Below the pieces are notes generated by a model, which was not told the DNA's origin, made no database searches, and worked only from the letters and a program-made list of their open reading frames with translations. Shown one piece after another: positions 28,471 through 36,802 of a stretch of 64,000 bases of DNA (its first letter is position 1; each line of letters begins with the position of its first letter). This DNA comes from Solirubrobacteraceae bacterium. GTDB taxonomy: Bacteria; Actinomycetota; Thermoleophilia; Solirubrobacterales; Solirubrobacteraceae. The position numbers were made by a program, and so were the translations under genes. Location: assembly GCA_051306365.1 (NCBI GenBank), contig JBPPNC010000105.1, forward strand, positions 27,340 through 91,339. The letters are read 5' to 3'.

Positions 28471-29481
28471 TCACAGGACCCCGGTCTGCTGCAGGAGCTC
28501 CACGGTGCCCTGCAGGTCGTCGAGCTGGTTGAGGTCGATGTCGGGCTGCTCGATCTCGTCGAGCGGCTGCAGCGACGGGTCGGCCTCGACGCCCGGCACG
28601 ACGGGGTACTCCTTCAGCTCGTCGGCGAAGTACTTCTGGCTCTCGTCGGTCAGGAGGAAGTCGACGAACCGCTGCGCCTTCTCCTGCTGGTTGGCGCTCG
28701 CCAGGATGCCGACGCCCGCGACGTTCACCAGCGCGCCGATGTCGCCGTCACCCGGCTCGTAGATCCCGACGGGGTAGTCCTCGCCCTCCTCGGCGATGGC
28801 CTCGGCGACGTAGTAGTGGTTGAGCAGCCCGGCGTCGATCTCGCCCTTGGCGATCGCGTCGCGGATCGCGATGTTGTTCTCATAGGCTTGGACGTCGTTG
28901 GCGAGCATGCCCTCGAGCCACGCCTGCGTCTGCTCCTCACCGAGCTCCGCGCGCATGGCGGTGACAAACGACTGGAACGACGCGTTCGTCGGCGCCCACG
29001 CGATCCGGCCCTTCCACTCCTCGTCGGTGAGATCGAGGACGGATGCCGGGAGGTCGCCGGGCTGCAGCTTGCGCTTGTCGTAGGCGATGACGCGGGCCCG
29101 CGCTGACGTCCCGACCCAGTCGCCCTTGGCCGAGCGGAACGCCTCGGGGACCTTGTTGAGCGTGGCGGCGGGCAGTGCGCCCAGCAGCGACTCGTTCTGG
29201 AGCGCGCCGAGCGCGCCGGCGTCCTGGCTGAAGAACGCGTCCGCCGGCGAGGCCTTGCCCTCCTCGATGATCGTCGCCGCCAGCTCGGGGGAGTCGGCGT
29301 ACTTGACCTCCGTCTCGATGCCGGTCTCCTGCTCGAAGCGTTCGACGAGTGGCCCGACGAGGTCCTCGTTGCGTCCGGAGTAGACGACGAGCGCGTCCTC
29401 GGACGGGCCGTCGTCCCCGCACGCCGAGACGGCGAAGGCGAGCAGGGGCACGGCGAGGAGGAGCAGGAGGATCCGGGGCAT
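28471..29481 (-). CDS. iron(III) ABC transporter substrate-binding lipoprotein (FbpA/AfuA-like)
   Basis: Lipobox LLAFAVSAC, and a LVVYSGRNEDLVGPLVERFEQETGI start typical of Fbp-type binding proteins. Confidence 0.88.
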   Translation of the reverse strand: MPRILLLLLAVPLLAFAVSACGDDGPSEDALVVYSGRNEDLVGPLVERFEQETGIETEVKYADSPELAATIIEEGKASPADAFFSQDAGALGALQNESLLGALPAATLNKVPEAFRSAKGDWVGTSARARVIAYDKRKLQPGDLPASVLDLTDEEWKGRIAWAPTNASFQSFVTAMRAELGEEQTQAWLEGMLANDVQAYENNIAIRDAIAKGEIDAGLLNHYYVAEAIAEEGEDYPVGIYEPGDGDIGALVNVAGVGILASANQQEKAQRFVDFLLTDESQKYFADELKEYPVVPGVEADPSLQPLDEIEQPDIDLNQLDDLQGTVELLQQTGVL

Positions 29482-29502
29482 GTACGACCTCGTGGAGGGG
29501 AG

Positions 29503-29516
29503 TTAGGGGACCCGAA
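29503..29516. promoter_or_regulatory. TTAGGGGACCCGAA imperfect palindrome, 22-35 nt upstream of the fbpA-like start; candidate metal-regulator operator
   Basis: Has the same TTAGG-N4-CCNAA architecture as a site upstream of the FTR1 operon (38840-38853). Confidence 0.25.
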
Positions 29517-29622
29517 GGCCGAGACAGCTTGCCACAGACGGGCTCCTCCGATCCGCCCGGTCGCGCCTCGATGAACCGCTGACGGTCAGCCCGACGTAAG
29601 TCTGGGTACACCCCCTCGTGAG

Positions 29623-29841
29623 ATGGACATGATCACCCAGACCCCCACCGACCTGTACGAGCGCCTCGAGCTACTGCGCATCGAGCGGGCCCTGGCGATG
29701 GGGTGCGAGCTGCGCCACGACCCGGCGTACATGGCGGATCTCGACACGGAGATCGCCGCCATGCACGCCGCGTGGATCGGCGCGGCCGTCACCGAGATCG
29801 CCGTGCTCCGCGCGCAGCTGGCCGGCGCGCCGCAGGGCTAG
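29623..29841 (+). CDS. 72-aa helical protein of unknown function (paralog of 53707..54081)
   Basis: ERALA...D.AY..DL..E.AA..AA.IG.AV.E.AVLRA.L.G..QG is shared with the second copy. About half of ~62 hand-aligned positions are identical. Confidence 0.55.
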   Translation: MDMITQTPTDLYERLELLRIERALAMGCELRHDPAYMADLDTEIAAMHAAWIGAAVTEIAVLRAQLAGAPQG

Positions 29842-30605
29842 AGCCCAGGCGGGTGCCGGGCGACGAAGCCGTTGCGTGAGCGCATCTCGCTCTGCCACCG
29901 CGAGCCGGTCGTCTTCGTGCCCGATGTGTCGAATCGCACGCCCGCGACCTCGAGGAAGACGTGGCCGTCGTGGGTCCAGACAGTCACCCACTTGCCCTTG
30001 CCCGGCTTGCCCCAGCCCTTGAGCTGGCCTGACGTCAGCGACCGGTCGAGCAGCCCTGCGGACGCGAGCGCGAACGACACCGAGCCAGAGCAGTCGTAGC
30101 CCTCGTCCTGCCACTTGCCGTGGCCGCCGCCCCAGAGGTACGGGGTGCGCGCGATGCCGTTGCCCGCCTCGATGATCTGTTTGACCTCCGGCGGGCTCTC
30201 CAGCGGCGGGAGCGCGATCCCGTTCTCCAGGACCTCGGCGCGCACGATCGTCTGGTCTGTGTCGTCGCTCGTCGGGTCCAGCGCTTCGGCGGACACGGCG
30301 GGGACGGTCATGGTCTCCGCATCCCTGGCCTGCTGCTGCAGCCCGCGAGCGGCCTTCGCCTCGGCCCGCTCGGCGTCGGCGTCGGCGCGGCGGTCGGCCT
30401 CCCGCTGCGCCGCGCGCTCGAGCGCGCCGCGCGCCTCGGTGGCGATGCGCGTGGTCTCCGGCGGCAGCGGCATCGGCGACGCGACTGCGCGCAGGGCACG
30501 GGAGGGCGTCTCGTCGCCGAACGCCGTGGCGACGAGGGCGATGAGGCCGAGGAGCGCGAGCGCCGTGGCGGCGCCGGCGAGGATCCGGCGGGAACGAGCC
30601 ATCAC
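29838..30605 (-). CDS. secreted NlpC/P60 (C40) family peptidase
   Basis: Signal-like N-terminus. YLWGGGHGKW..GYDCSGSVSFAL carries the catalytic Cys motif, with a downstream His (HVFLEV). Confidence 0.75.
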   Translation of the reverse strand: MMARSRRILAGAATALALLGLIALVATAFGDETPSRALRAVASPMPLPPETTRIATEARGALERAAQREADRRADADAERAEAKAARGLQQQARDAETMTVPAVSAEALDPTSDDTDQTIVRAEVLENGIALPPLESPPEVKQIIEAGNGIARTPYLWGGGHGKWQDEGYDCSGSVSFALASAGLLDRSLTSGQLKGWGKPGKGKWVTVWTHDGHVFLEVAGVRFDTSGTKTTGSRWQSEMRSRNGFVARHPPGL

Positions 30606-30661
30606 CAGGAGTATCGGCCATCGGCGCCCTGGGTCGCAGCAGGCCGATTAGGCGACCTTCC

Positions 30662-30682
30662 AACTACAGTGGGTGGGTAGTT
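30662..30682. promoter_or_regulatory. inverted repeat AACTAC-N9-GTAGTT abutting the acyl-CoA dehydrogenase start codon
   Basis: Perfect 6-bp arms. The outer AACT/AGTT bases are shared with the FadR-type palindrome at 33420-33436. Confidence 0.25.
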
Positions 30683-31834
30683 ATGGCTACGAGCACCCAC
30701 ACCGACCTCTACGCGCTGCCGCAGGAGTTCCTCGATCTGCGCGACATGATTCGCCAGATCGCGACCGAGAAGATCGCGCCGCGCGCCCACGACATCGACG
30801 CGAGTGCGGAGTACCCGCACGACCTGCGCGAGATCCTCGCCGAGAACGGCATCCTCGGCCTCCCGTTCGAGGAGGAGCACGGCGGCACCGGCACGGGCGT
30901 CCTCATGCTGAACATCGGCGTCGAGGAGATCGCCAAGGCGTGCGCGGCGACGTCGCTCATCCTCATGGTGCAGGAGCTCGGTTCCATGCCGATCAAGCTC
31001 TTCGGCAGCGAGGAGCAGAAGCAGACGTGGCTGTCGCGCCTGGCGTCGGGTGAGATCACGCCGGCGTTCGCCCTCTCCGAGCCCGAGGCCGGCTCGGACC
31101 CCGCCAGCATGCGCACCCACGCGGTCCGCGACGGCGACGAGTGGGTCATCAACGGCGCGAAGAACTGGATCACGAACTCCGGCATCGCCGACTACTACCT
31201 GACGTTCGCGGTGACCGACCGCGAGCAGGGCAAGGTCTCGGCGTTCATCGTCGAGAAGGACCGCCCGGGCTTCTCCATCGGCAAGCTCGAGAAGAAGCTC
31301 GGCATCAAGGGCTCGCCGACCGGCTCGCCGGTCTACGAGGACGTGCGCGTCCCGGTCGCGAACCTCGTCGGCGAGGAGGGCCGCGGCATGGCCGTCGCGC
31401 TGAAGACCCTCTCCTACACGCGCCTCGGCGCCGCGGCGCAGGCCGTCGGCATCGCCCAGGGCGCCACCGACTACGCCGCGAAGTACGCGAGCGAACGCAT
31501 CCAGTTCGGCAAGCCGATCAACCGCCACCAGGGCATCGCGTTCAAGCTCGCCGACATGCAGGCGAAGACGGCCGCCGCCCGCGCGATCACGTACGAGGCG
31601 TGCGCGAAGGCCGACCGCGGCGACGCCGACTACCAGGTGCACGGCTCGATGGCCAAGCTCATCGCGTCGGACACCGCCATGGCCGTGACGGTCGAAGCCG
31701 TTCAGGTCCTCGGCGGCTACGGCTACGTGACCGAGTACCCGGTCGAGCGGATGATGCGCGATGCGAAGATCACCCAGATCTACGAGGGCACCAGCGAGGT
31801 GCAGCGCATGATCATCTCGCGGTCGCTCGGCTAG
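30683..31834 (+). CDS. acyl-CoA dehydrogenase
   Basis: Full-length ACAD pattern: ALSEPEAGSD, catalytic-base region YEGTSEVQR. Confidence 0.92.
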   Translation: MATSTHTDLYALPQEFLDLRDMIRQIATEKIAPRAHDIDASAEYPHDLREILAENGILGLPFEEEHGGTGTGVLMLNIGVEEIAKACAATSLILMVQELGSMPIKLFGSEEQKQTWLSRLASGEITPAFALSEPEAGSDPASMRTHAVRDGDEWVINGAKNWITNSGIADYYLTFAVTDREQGKVSAFIVEKDRPGFSIGKLEKKLGIKGSPTGSPVYEDVRVPVANLVGEEGRGMAVALKTLSYTRLGAAAQAVGIAQGATDYAAKYASERIQFGKPINRHQGIAFKLADMQAKTAAARAITYEACAKADRGDADYQVHGSMAKLIASDTAMAVTVEAVQVLGGYGYVTEYPVERMMRDAKITQIYEGTSEVQRMIISRSLG

Positions 31835-31956
31835 CGGCGGCCAGTTCGGCGATCACCCGGTGCACTGCCGTCTCCGGCAGCGCGCCGTAGCCGATGATCA
31901 GGCCGGCCTCACCGCGCCCGGCGCGCGGCCGGAGACCGTCCCGGCCGCGGCCGGGG

Positions 31957-33288
31957 TCAGGTCGCCAACTCCTTCTCCCACCGCTCCTTGAGCTCGGCGT
32001 GCTGCGGGGGCAGCACACCATCGATCCACTCCAGGGTGCGCAGCCAGCGCAGCGCGCTGTCGAAGTCGCCCCACAGCGCGTCGGCCTCGGCGAACTCCAT
32101 CGCCAGGCGGCGCATCTCCTCGCGCTCCTCGCCAGCCTTGCGCACCGGCGCCCGCTCCTGCAGCTCCTGTGACGCGGGGTCGAGTTGGTGGCGGTCGGCG
32201 AGGTACGGTGCGAGGTACCGGCCTGCGAGTTTCGTCGGCGGCCACCACAGCGGGTCGAAGGCGGCCTCGCTGGAGACCGCGTCGCCGCGCAGGTAGGCGG
32301 AGGTCACACCGGTGAGCAGCATGCCGCGCAGGACGGGCTGCAGCGGCTGAGCGCCGACCGGCGCGCCGAGCTTGCCTGCGATGACCGATGCGGCCGTGTC
32401 GGCCTGCTGGGCGGCGAGCCCGCCCTGCTTGACGGGGAAGGTCGTGGCGTCCCCGACGGCCCAGACGTCGTCCAGGCCCTCGACGCCCATGAGCTCGTTC
32501 ACGGTGATGAAGCCGCTGTCGTCGGTGGGGAGCCCCGGGATCGGGTTGCCCACCAGCTCGGCCATGGTGATGACGGCGTCGGCGCGCACGGGGCGCCCGC
32601 TCGCGAGCGTGACGATCTCGTGGCCATAGTTCGTCGCCTGGGAGTTGAGGAAGCGCACTCCGCGGTCGCCGAGCAGGTCGCGCACGGTGCGCGCGGCGGT
32701 CGGGCCGAAGTCGCGCAGCGGCTCGTTCTCGGAGGTGGCGAGCGCAAGCTTCACGCCCATGATGCCCTCGTCGGCGATCCACGCCGCGGTGAGCAGCGCG
32801 AGCTCGTAGAGCGGCAGCGTCCAGCTCGCGCCGGGCGGCGAGGCGAAGACCAGTTCCTCGACCTCGCCGGAGCGGATGCGGTCCAGCACCCCGCGCACGG
32901 CGTCGACGTCGGGGTTCCCGGCGAAGGTCACGGCGCCCGGCAGCCACGGGCGCGGCTTCGCGCCGATGGCGACGATGAGCACGTCGTAGGTGACCTCCTC
33001 GCCGCTGCGCAACACGACGAGGTGCTCGCCGGGCCGAACCTCGGCCACCGCGCCGTCGATGCGGCGGACGTCGTGGGTCTCGTGGAGGTCCTCGAGCGCC
33101 ATCTCGGCGTACGGTTTGCCGCCGAAGGGTTCGGTCACGGCCATCGGCCGGTAGACGAAGGTGCCGGTGGGGCTGATGATGTCGATGGTCGGCACGGGGC
33201 CGGCGAGCACGCGGACCGCGAGTGCGGCCTCCACGGCGCCGACGCCGCCGCCGGCGATCACGACTCGGGGCTGATGCGCGGGGGCCAT
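31957..33288 (-). CDS. FAD-dependent pyridine-nucleotide-disulfide oxidoreductase (SQR/NDH-2-like)
   Basis: RVVIAGGGVGAVEAA dinucleotide motif, second Rossmann region, and AVGDATTFP flavin motif. Confidence 0.8.
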   Translation of the reverse strand: MAPAHQPRVVIAGGGVGAVEAALAVRVLAGPVPTIDIISPTGTFVYRPMAVTEPFGGKPYAEMALEDLHETHDVRRIDGAVAEVRPGEHLVVLRSGEEVTYDVLIVAIGAKPRPWLPGAVTFAGNPDVDAVRGVLDRIRSGEVEELVFASPPGASWTLPLYELALLTAAWIADEGIMGVKLALATSENEPLRDFGPTAARTVRDLLGDRGVRFLNSQATNYGHEIVTLASGRPVRADAVITMAELVGNPIPGLPTDDSGFITVNELMGVEGLDDVWAVGDATTFPVKQGGLAAQQADTAASVIAGKLGAPVGAQPLQPVLRGMLLTGVTSAYLRGDAVSSEAAFDPLWWPPTKLAGRYLAPYLADRHQLDPASQELQERAPVRKAGEEREEMRRLAMEFAEADALWGDFDSALRWLRTLEWIDGVLPPQHAELKERWEKELAT

Positions 33289-33419
33289 GAACGAAGTTTA
33301 CGCTCGGTCTGGCGACCCGCAAATGGGGCGGGCCCCCGAACTGTCGCCCGGAGGACTACGGATCGTGGGAGGCTGCGCTGGATCGTGCTCCGACGATGCG
33401 CCACCTTCCAGTGAGCCGT

Positions 33420-33436
33420 AACTGGTTGGACCAGTT
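33420..33436. promoter_or_regulatory. perfect palindrome AACTGGT-TGG-ACCAGTT; FadR/GntR-type operator candidate
   Basis: 7-bp perfect arms. It resembles the E. coli FadR consensus as I recall it (ANCTGGTCCGAYNTGTT). It ends 3 nt before the regulator's ATG. Confidence 0.55.
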
Positions 33437-33438
33437 CT

Positions 33439-34164
33439 ATGCCTGACGCGTCTCCTTCTTCCCGCCGCCCGCTGCGCTCCGACGAGGTGCACGACGACCT
33501 GCGCCGCCAGATCCTCGGCTCCGAGCTGGCCCCGGGCGACCCGCTGCCGTCCGAGCGCGTGCTCGCCGAGCAGTTCGGCATCAACCGCCACGCGGTGCGC
33601 GAGGCGATCAAGCGCCTGCAGCAGGCGAGCCTCGTCGTCGTCAGCCAAGGGGGCGCCACCCGCGTCCTGGACTGGCAGATGTACGGCGGCCTGGACCTGC
33701 TCGCCGACGTCGCCCCGCTGCTCGAGGGCGCGGCCCGCTGGAAGACGCTGCTGAGCGTCGCCGAGATGCGCGCGAGCATCGGCACGGACGCCGCGCGTAA
33801 GTGCGCCCGCGAGGCGCCGGAGGAGCTGCGCGCGAGCCTGCCGGACCTTGTCGGCGACATGGCCGGCGCCGAGGACTACGAGTCCCGCCTGCGCGCGTAC
33901 GAGGTGCTGTGGCTGCGCATCGTCCTGGGCAGCGGCAACCTCGCGTACCGCCTGGCGTTCAACAGCCTCGTCGCCGCGCGCCACGGCGACGGCGTGAGCG
34001 GCGAGATCTACGCGGCCGAGATCGAGGACCTCGACGCGGTGCGCGACATCTCCGACGCGATCGACGCCGGCCAGCCCGAGCACGCGGGCGCCGCCGCGCG
34101 CCGGATGCTCGACCGCACGATCGCCGCCGCCGCATCGCTGCGCGAGCAGTTCGAGGAGTCCTGA
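33439..34164 (+). CDS. GntR-family (FadR subfamily, FCD domain) transcriptional regulator
   Basis: Winged-HTH LPSERVLAEQFGINRHAVREAIKRL plus an all-helical C-terminal domain. Confidence 0.88.
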   Translation: MPDASPSSRRPLRSDEVHDDLRRQILGSELAPGDPLPSERVLAEQFGINRHAVREAIKRLQQASLVVVSQGGATRVLDWQMYGGLDLLADVAPLLEGAARWKTLLSVAEMRASIGTDAARKCAREAPEELRASLPDLVGDMAGAEDYESRLRAYEVLWLRIVLGSGNLAYRLAFNSLVAARHGDGVSGEIYAAEIEDLDAVRDISDAIDAGQPEHAGAAARRMLDRTIAAAASLREQFEES

Positions 34165-34280
34165 TGGCGGAGGTCCTGTACCACGCGATCCCGTTCTTCG
34201 TCCTGCTGCTCTTCGTCGAGTGGCTGAGCTTCCGCGAGCTCGGCGACGAGGGCGGCGAGCTCATCGGCTACGACCTGACG
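34164..34280 (+). pseudogene. 5' stub (~38 codons) of a sterol-desaturase/fatty-acid-hydroxylase-family gene
   Basis: ATG overlaps the GntR stop (TGATG). MAEVLYHAIPFFVLLLFVEWLSFRELGDEGGELIGYDL matches the usual N-terminus of this family, after which coding character stops. Confidence 0.5.
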
Positions 34281-34506
34281 GCTGGCAGCCCGAGGGCGGC
34301 CGCCCGACCGAGCTCACCGGGTGTGATGTCGCACGTCTCGTCGCCTGCTCGCAACGCGGGGCCTCGCCGGTCAGCGATGTATGTCCTCGCGACCCGTCGA
34401 CCTGAGCGAGCCATCGCTCCTCGTCGATGTCCTCGTCGGGTGCGACGAGCAGGATGTCGCTTGACGCGTCGCCGGTACGACGCGCGGCACTCCCGAAGAG
34501 CGACAC
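34261..34506 (-). pseudogene. nucleotidyltransferase (MNT-like) remnant
   Basis: SLFGSAARRTGDASSDILLV resembles the LFGS.ARG....SD.DLLV motif with a missing residue. There is no proper N-terminus (in-frame TGA just upstream) and the C-terminus is aberrant. Confidence 0.3.
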
Positions 34507-34593
34507 GCGCGAGCGCGTTGCTGCTGGACTGACACGGGGTGACGTTCCGCCGCCCTGAGCGGCAGAACGTCACGAGGAACCGCTCCGGCCCGC

Positions 34594-35901
34594 GTGCGAC
34601 GCTCCAGCCCGATGCGCCGCTCGCCCGTCGCCGTCCTCATCGCGCTCCAACTCCTGCTCATCGGCGCGGCCGGGCTCGTCACCGTCGCCCGCTTCCCGGT
34701 CTGGGCGCTCGTCGATGAGCTCGCGCACTTCGACTACGCGGTCACCATCGGGCAGGACGCGCGGTTACCGGTGCTCGATGAGGACCTCGTCTCCTCCGAC
34801 GCGCTGGCGCTCGGCGGCCAGTCGGGGGAGGAGCCGGCGGGTCTCGGCCTGCGCGGTGAGTCCTACGAGGCGTTCCAGCCGCCGCTCTACTACGCGCTGC
34901 TGGCGCCCATGGCGGCCGCGGGCGGCGAGCGGATGGCGACGGTGCGGATCATGCGCGCCGTCGGGCTCGTGCTGCTCGGCGTCGGCGCGTGGCTGACGTG
35001 GCTGCTCGCGGTGCGCGTCTTCGGCGATGACGACGACCCGCTCGCGGCGCGGGCCGCGTTCGCCCTGGCGCTGTGCGTCTTCTTCCTGCCCGCGTTCGTC
35101 ATCCGCGGGGTGACGATCGCGAACACCGCGCTGGCGCTGCCGCTGGCCCTCGCGGTCGTGCTGCTGTGCTGGGACGCGCTGGAGCGGGAGGACGTCCGGC
35201 GCCTGCCGGCGGCCGCTGCCGTGCTGGGGCTCGCGCTGCTCACGCGCTTGGAGCTCGCCGTCCTCGCGCCGCTGCTCGCGGGCGTCGCGTGGCTGCTGTG
35301 GCGGCGGGGCGCGGTCGGGACGGCGCCGGCGGTGGGCGCGGTCGCGCTCCCGGTGGTCCTGCTCGCGCCGTGGCTGGGGTGGAACCTGCACCGCTACGGC
35401 GCGCTGACCGCGAGCGACCTCGCCCGCGACATGCAGGAGCCTGCGCTGAACCCGACGGGCGCGACGTACGGCGTCGAGGCCCTCATCGACGGCGCGAAGC
35501 GCGTGTTCGGCGGCGCGCTGCCGGAGGAGTGGTGGTCGCGGTACCTCTCCAGCGGCTGGCGGGTCGCCCGGGACGTGCTCGCCGCGGTCGTCATCCTCGG
35601 CCCGGCGGTCCTCGCGGCGGTGCGCCCGCCCGAGCGGGTCACCCGCGCGCTGGCGTTCCTCGTCGCCCCGCTCGTCCTCACCGCGGCGGCGCTGGCGTTC
35701 GTCCTGCTCGCCGGCCAGTTCGACCTGCTCAAGCCGCGGTACCTGCACCCGGTGCTGCCCGCGTACGCGCTGTTCGTCGCGCTGGTGCTGCGCCGGTGGC
35801 TGTCGGCGCGGGGGATCGCGATGGTCGCCGCCGTCGCGACCGCCGCGATCACCGTGCTGTGGCTCGTGGTCGCCGGCGGGCCGACCTACACCGGCGCCTG
35901 A
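34594..35901 (+). CDS. GT39/ArnT-like polytopic membrane glycosyltransferase
   Basis: DELAHFDY and YEAFQPPLYY loop motifs near the first helices, followed by more than 10 hydrophobic segments. Start is GTG 34594 or ATG 34612. Confidence 0.7.
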   Translation: MRRSSPMRRSPVAVLIALQLLLIGAAGLVTVARFPVWALVDELAHFDYAVTIGQDARLPVLDEDLVSSDALALGGQSGEEPAGLGLRGESYEAFQPPLYYALLAPMAAAGGERMATVRIMRAVGLVLLGVGAWLTWLLAVRVFGDDDDPLAARAAFALALCVFFLPAFVIRGVTIANTALALPLALAVVLLCWDALEREDVRRLPAAAAVLGLALLTRLELAVLAPLLAGVAWLLWRRGAVGTAPAVGAVALPVVLLAPWLGWNLHRYGALTASDLARDMQEPALNPTGATYGVEALIDGAKRVFGGALPEEWWSRYLSSGWRVARDVLAAVVILGPAVLAAVRPPERVTRALAFLVAPLVLTAAALAFVLLAGQFDLLKPRYLHPVLPAYALFVALVLRRWLSARGIAMVAAVATAAITVLWLVVAGGPTYTGA

Positions 35902-36785
35902 ACGGCGACTGCATGCGCGTCGACGGTGTCGATCGCGTCGAGCAGCCGGCGCCGCAGCGCGTTCGCCCGCCCGCCGAGCGCACGCTGCCGGTCGGCGTAC
36001 TCGCGCTTGCCCTCGGGCGTCTCGATCCGGACGGGTTCGTAGCCCAGCGCGCGGAGGTCGTACGGCGAGGCCTGCATGTCGAGGGTGCGCAGCTCGGTCG
36101 CCAGCGCGAACGCGTCGGCCGCGAGTTCGCTGGGAACGGCGGGCGCGAGCTTGAACGCCCAGCGGTACACGTCCATCCCGGCGTGCACGCAGCCGGGCTG
36201 CTCGTCGTCGACCTGGGTCGCGCGGCTCAGCGGCCGCGCGTTGCGGGGCACGGCGTCGTCGGTGAAGAACCGGAACGCGTCGAAGTGCGTGCAGCGCAGG
36301 GTGTGCGTCTCGACGACTGCGTCGGTCCCGTCCGCGCCCAGGCGCAGCGGCCAGCTTGCGTGGCGCCGCTCGGCCGGCTGGCGGTAGACCATCGCCCACT
36401 CGTGCAGCCCGAAGCAGCCGGTGAGCATCGGTCGTTCGAGCGTGGCGGTGAGCAGTCGCCGGGTGAAGTGCAGGGCGGTGCCGCGCGCGGCGGCGAACGC
36501 GGGGGCGTCGAGCCACACGTCGCCGGTCGCGCGGTCGCACGCGTAGTGGGTCCACCTCGCGTGCGGGGTACCAGCGGCGGCCTCCAGCACGACGCCGGGT
36601 CCGGGGTGCCAGCGCCGCAGCCGCGCGGGCGTGTGCCCGTAGTACTCGAACAGGAAGTCCTGCACGGGATGGCTCTCGCCGGCCGCGCGCCGCTCGCGAT
36701 GCCCGGACGTGAGCGCGTCGACCCGCGCGGCGTGCGCGGCCTCCCGCGCCCGCCACTCGCGCTCGCTGAGCCGGACGACCTCCAT
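35886..36785 (-). CDS. conserved hypothetical protein (actinobacterial family often labelled 3-methyladenine DNA glycosylase)
   Basis: GGGAGG precedes ATG 36785. HPVQDFLFEYYGH...RWHPGPG is a motif I recognise from that family. The upstream part of the ORF-track frame is not coding-like. Confidence 0.6.
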   Translation of the reverse strand: MEVVRLSEREWRAREAAHAARVDALTSGHRERRAAGESHPVQDFLFEYYGHTPARLRRWHPGPGVVLEAAAGTPHARWTHYACDRATGDVWLDAPAFAAARGTALHFTRRLLTATLERPMLTGCFGLHEWAMVYRQPAERRHASWPLRLGADGTDAVVETHTLRCTHFDAFRFFTDDAVPRNARPLSRATQVDDEQPGCVHAGMDVYRWAFKLAPAVPSELAADAFALATELRTLDMQASPYDLRALGYEPVRIETPEGKREYADRQRALGGRANALRRRLLDAIDTVDAHAVAVQAPV

Positions 36786-36802
36786 GGCCTCCCGACGGTA
36801 CT

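Noticed and set aside
34261-34506. Nucleotidyltransferase fragment considered as an active MNT-HEPN toxin-antitoxin pair.
   Set aside because: No HEPN partner ORF is present, and the NTase motif is imperfect and lacks a proper N-terminus.
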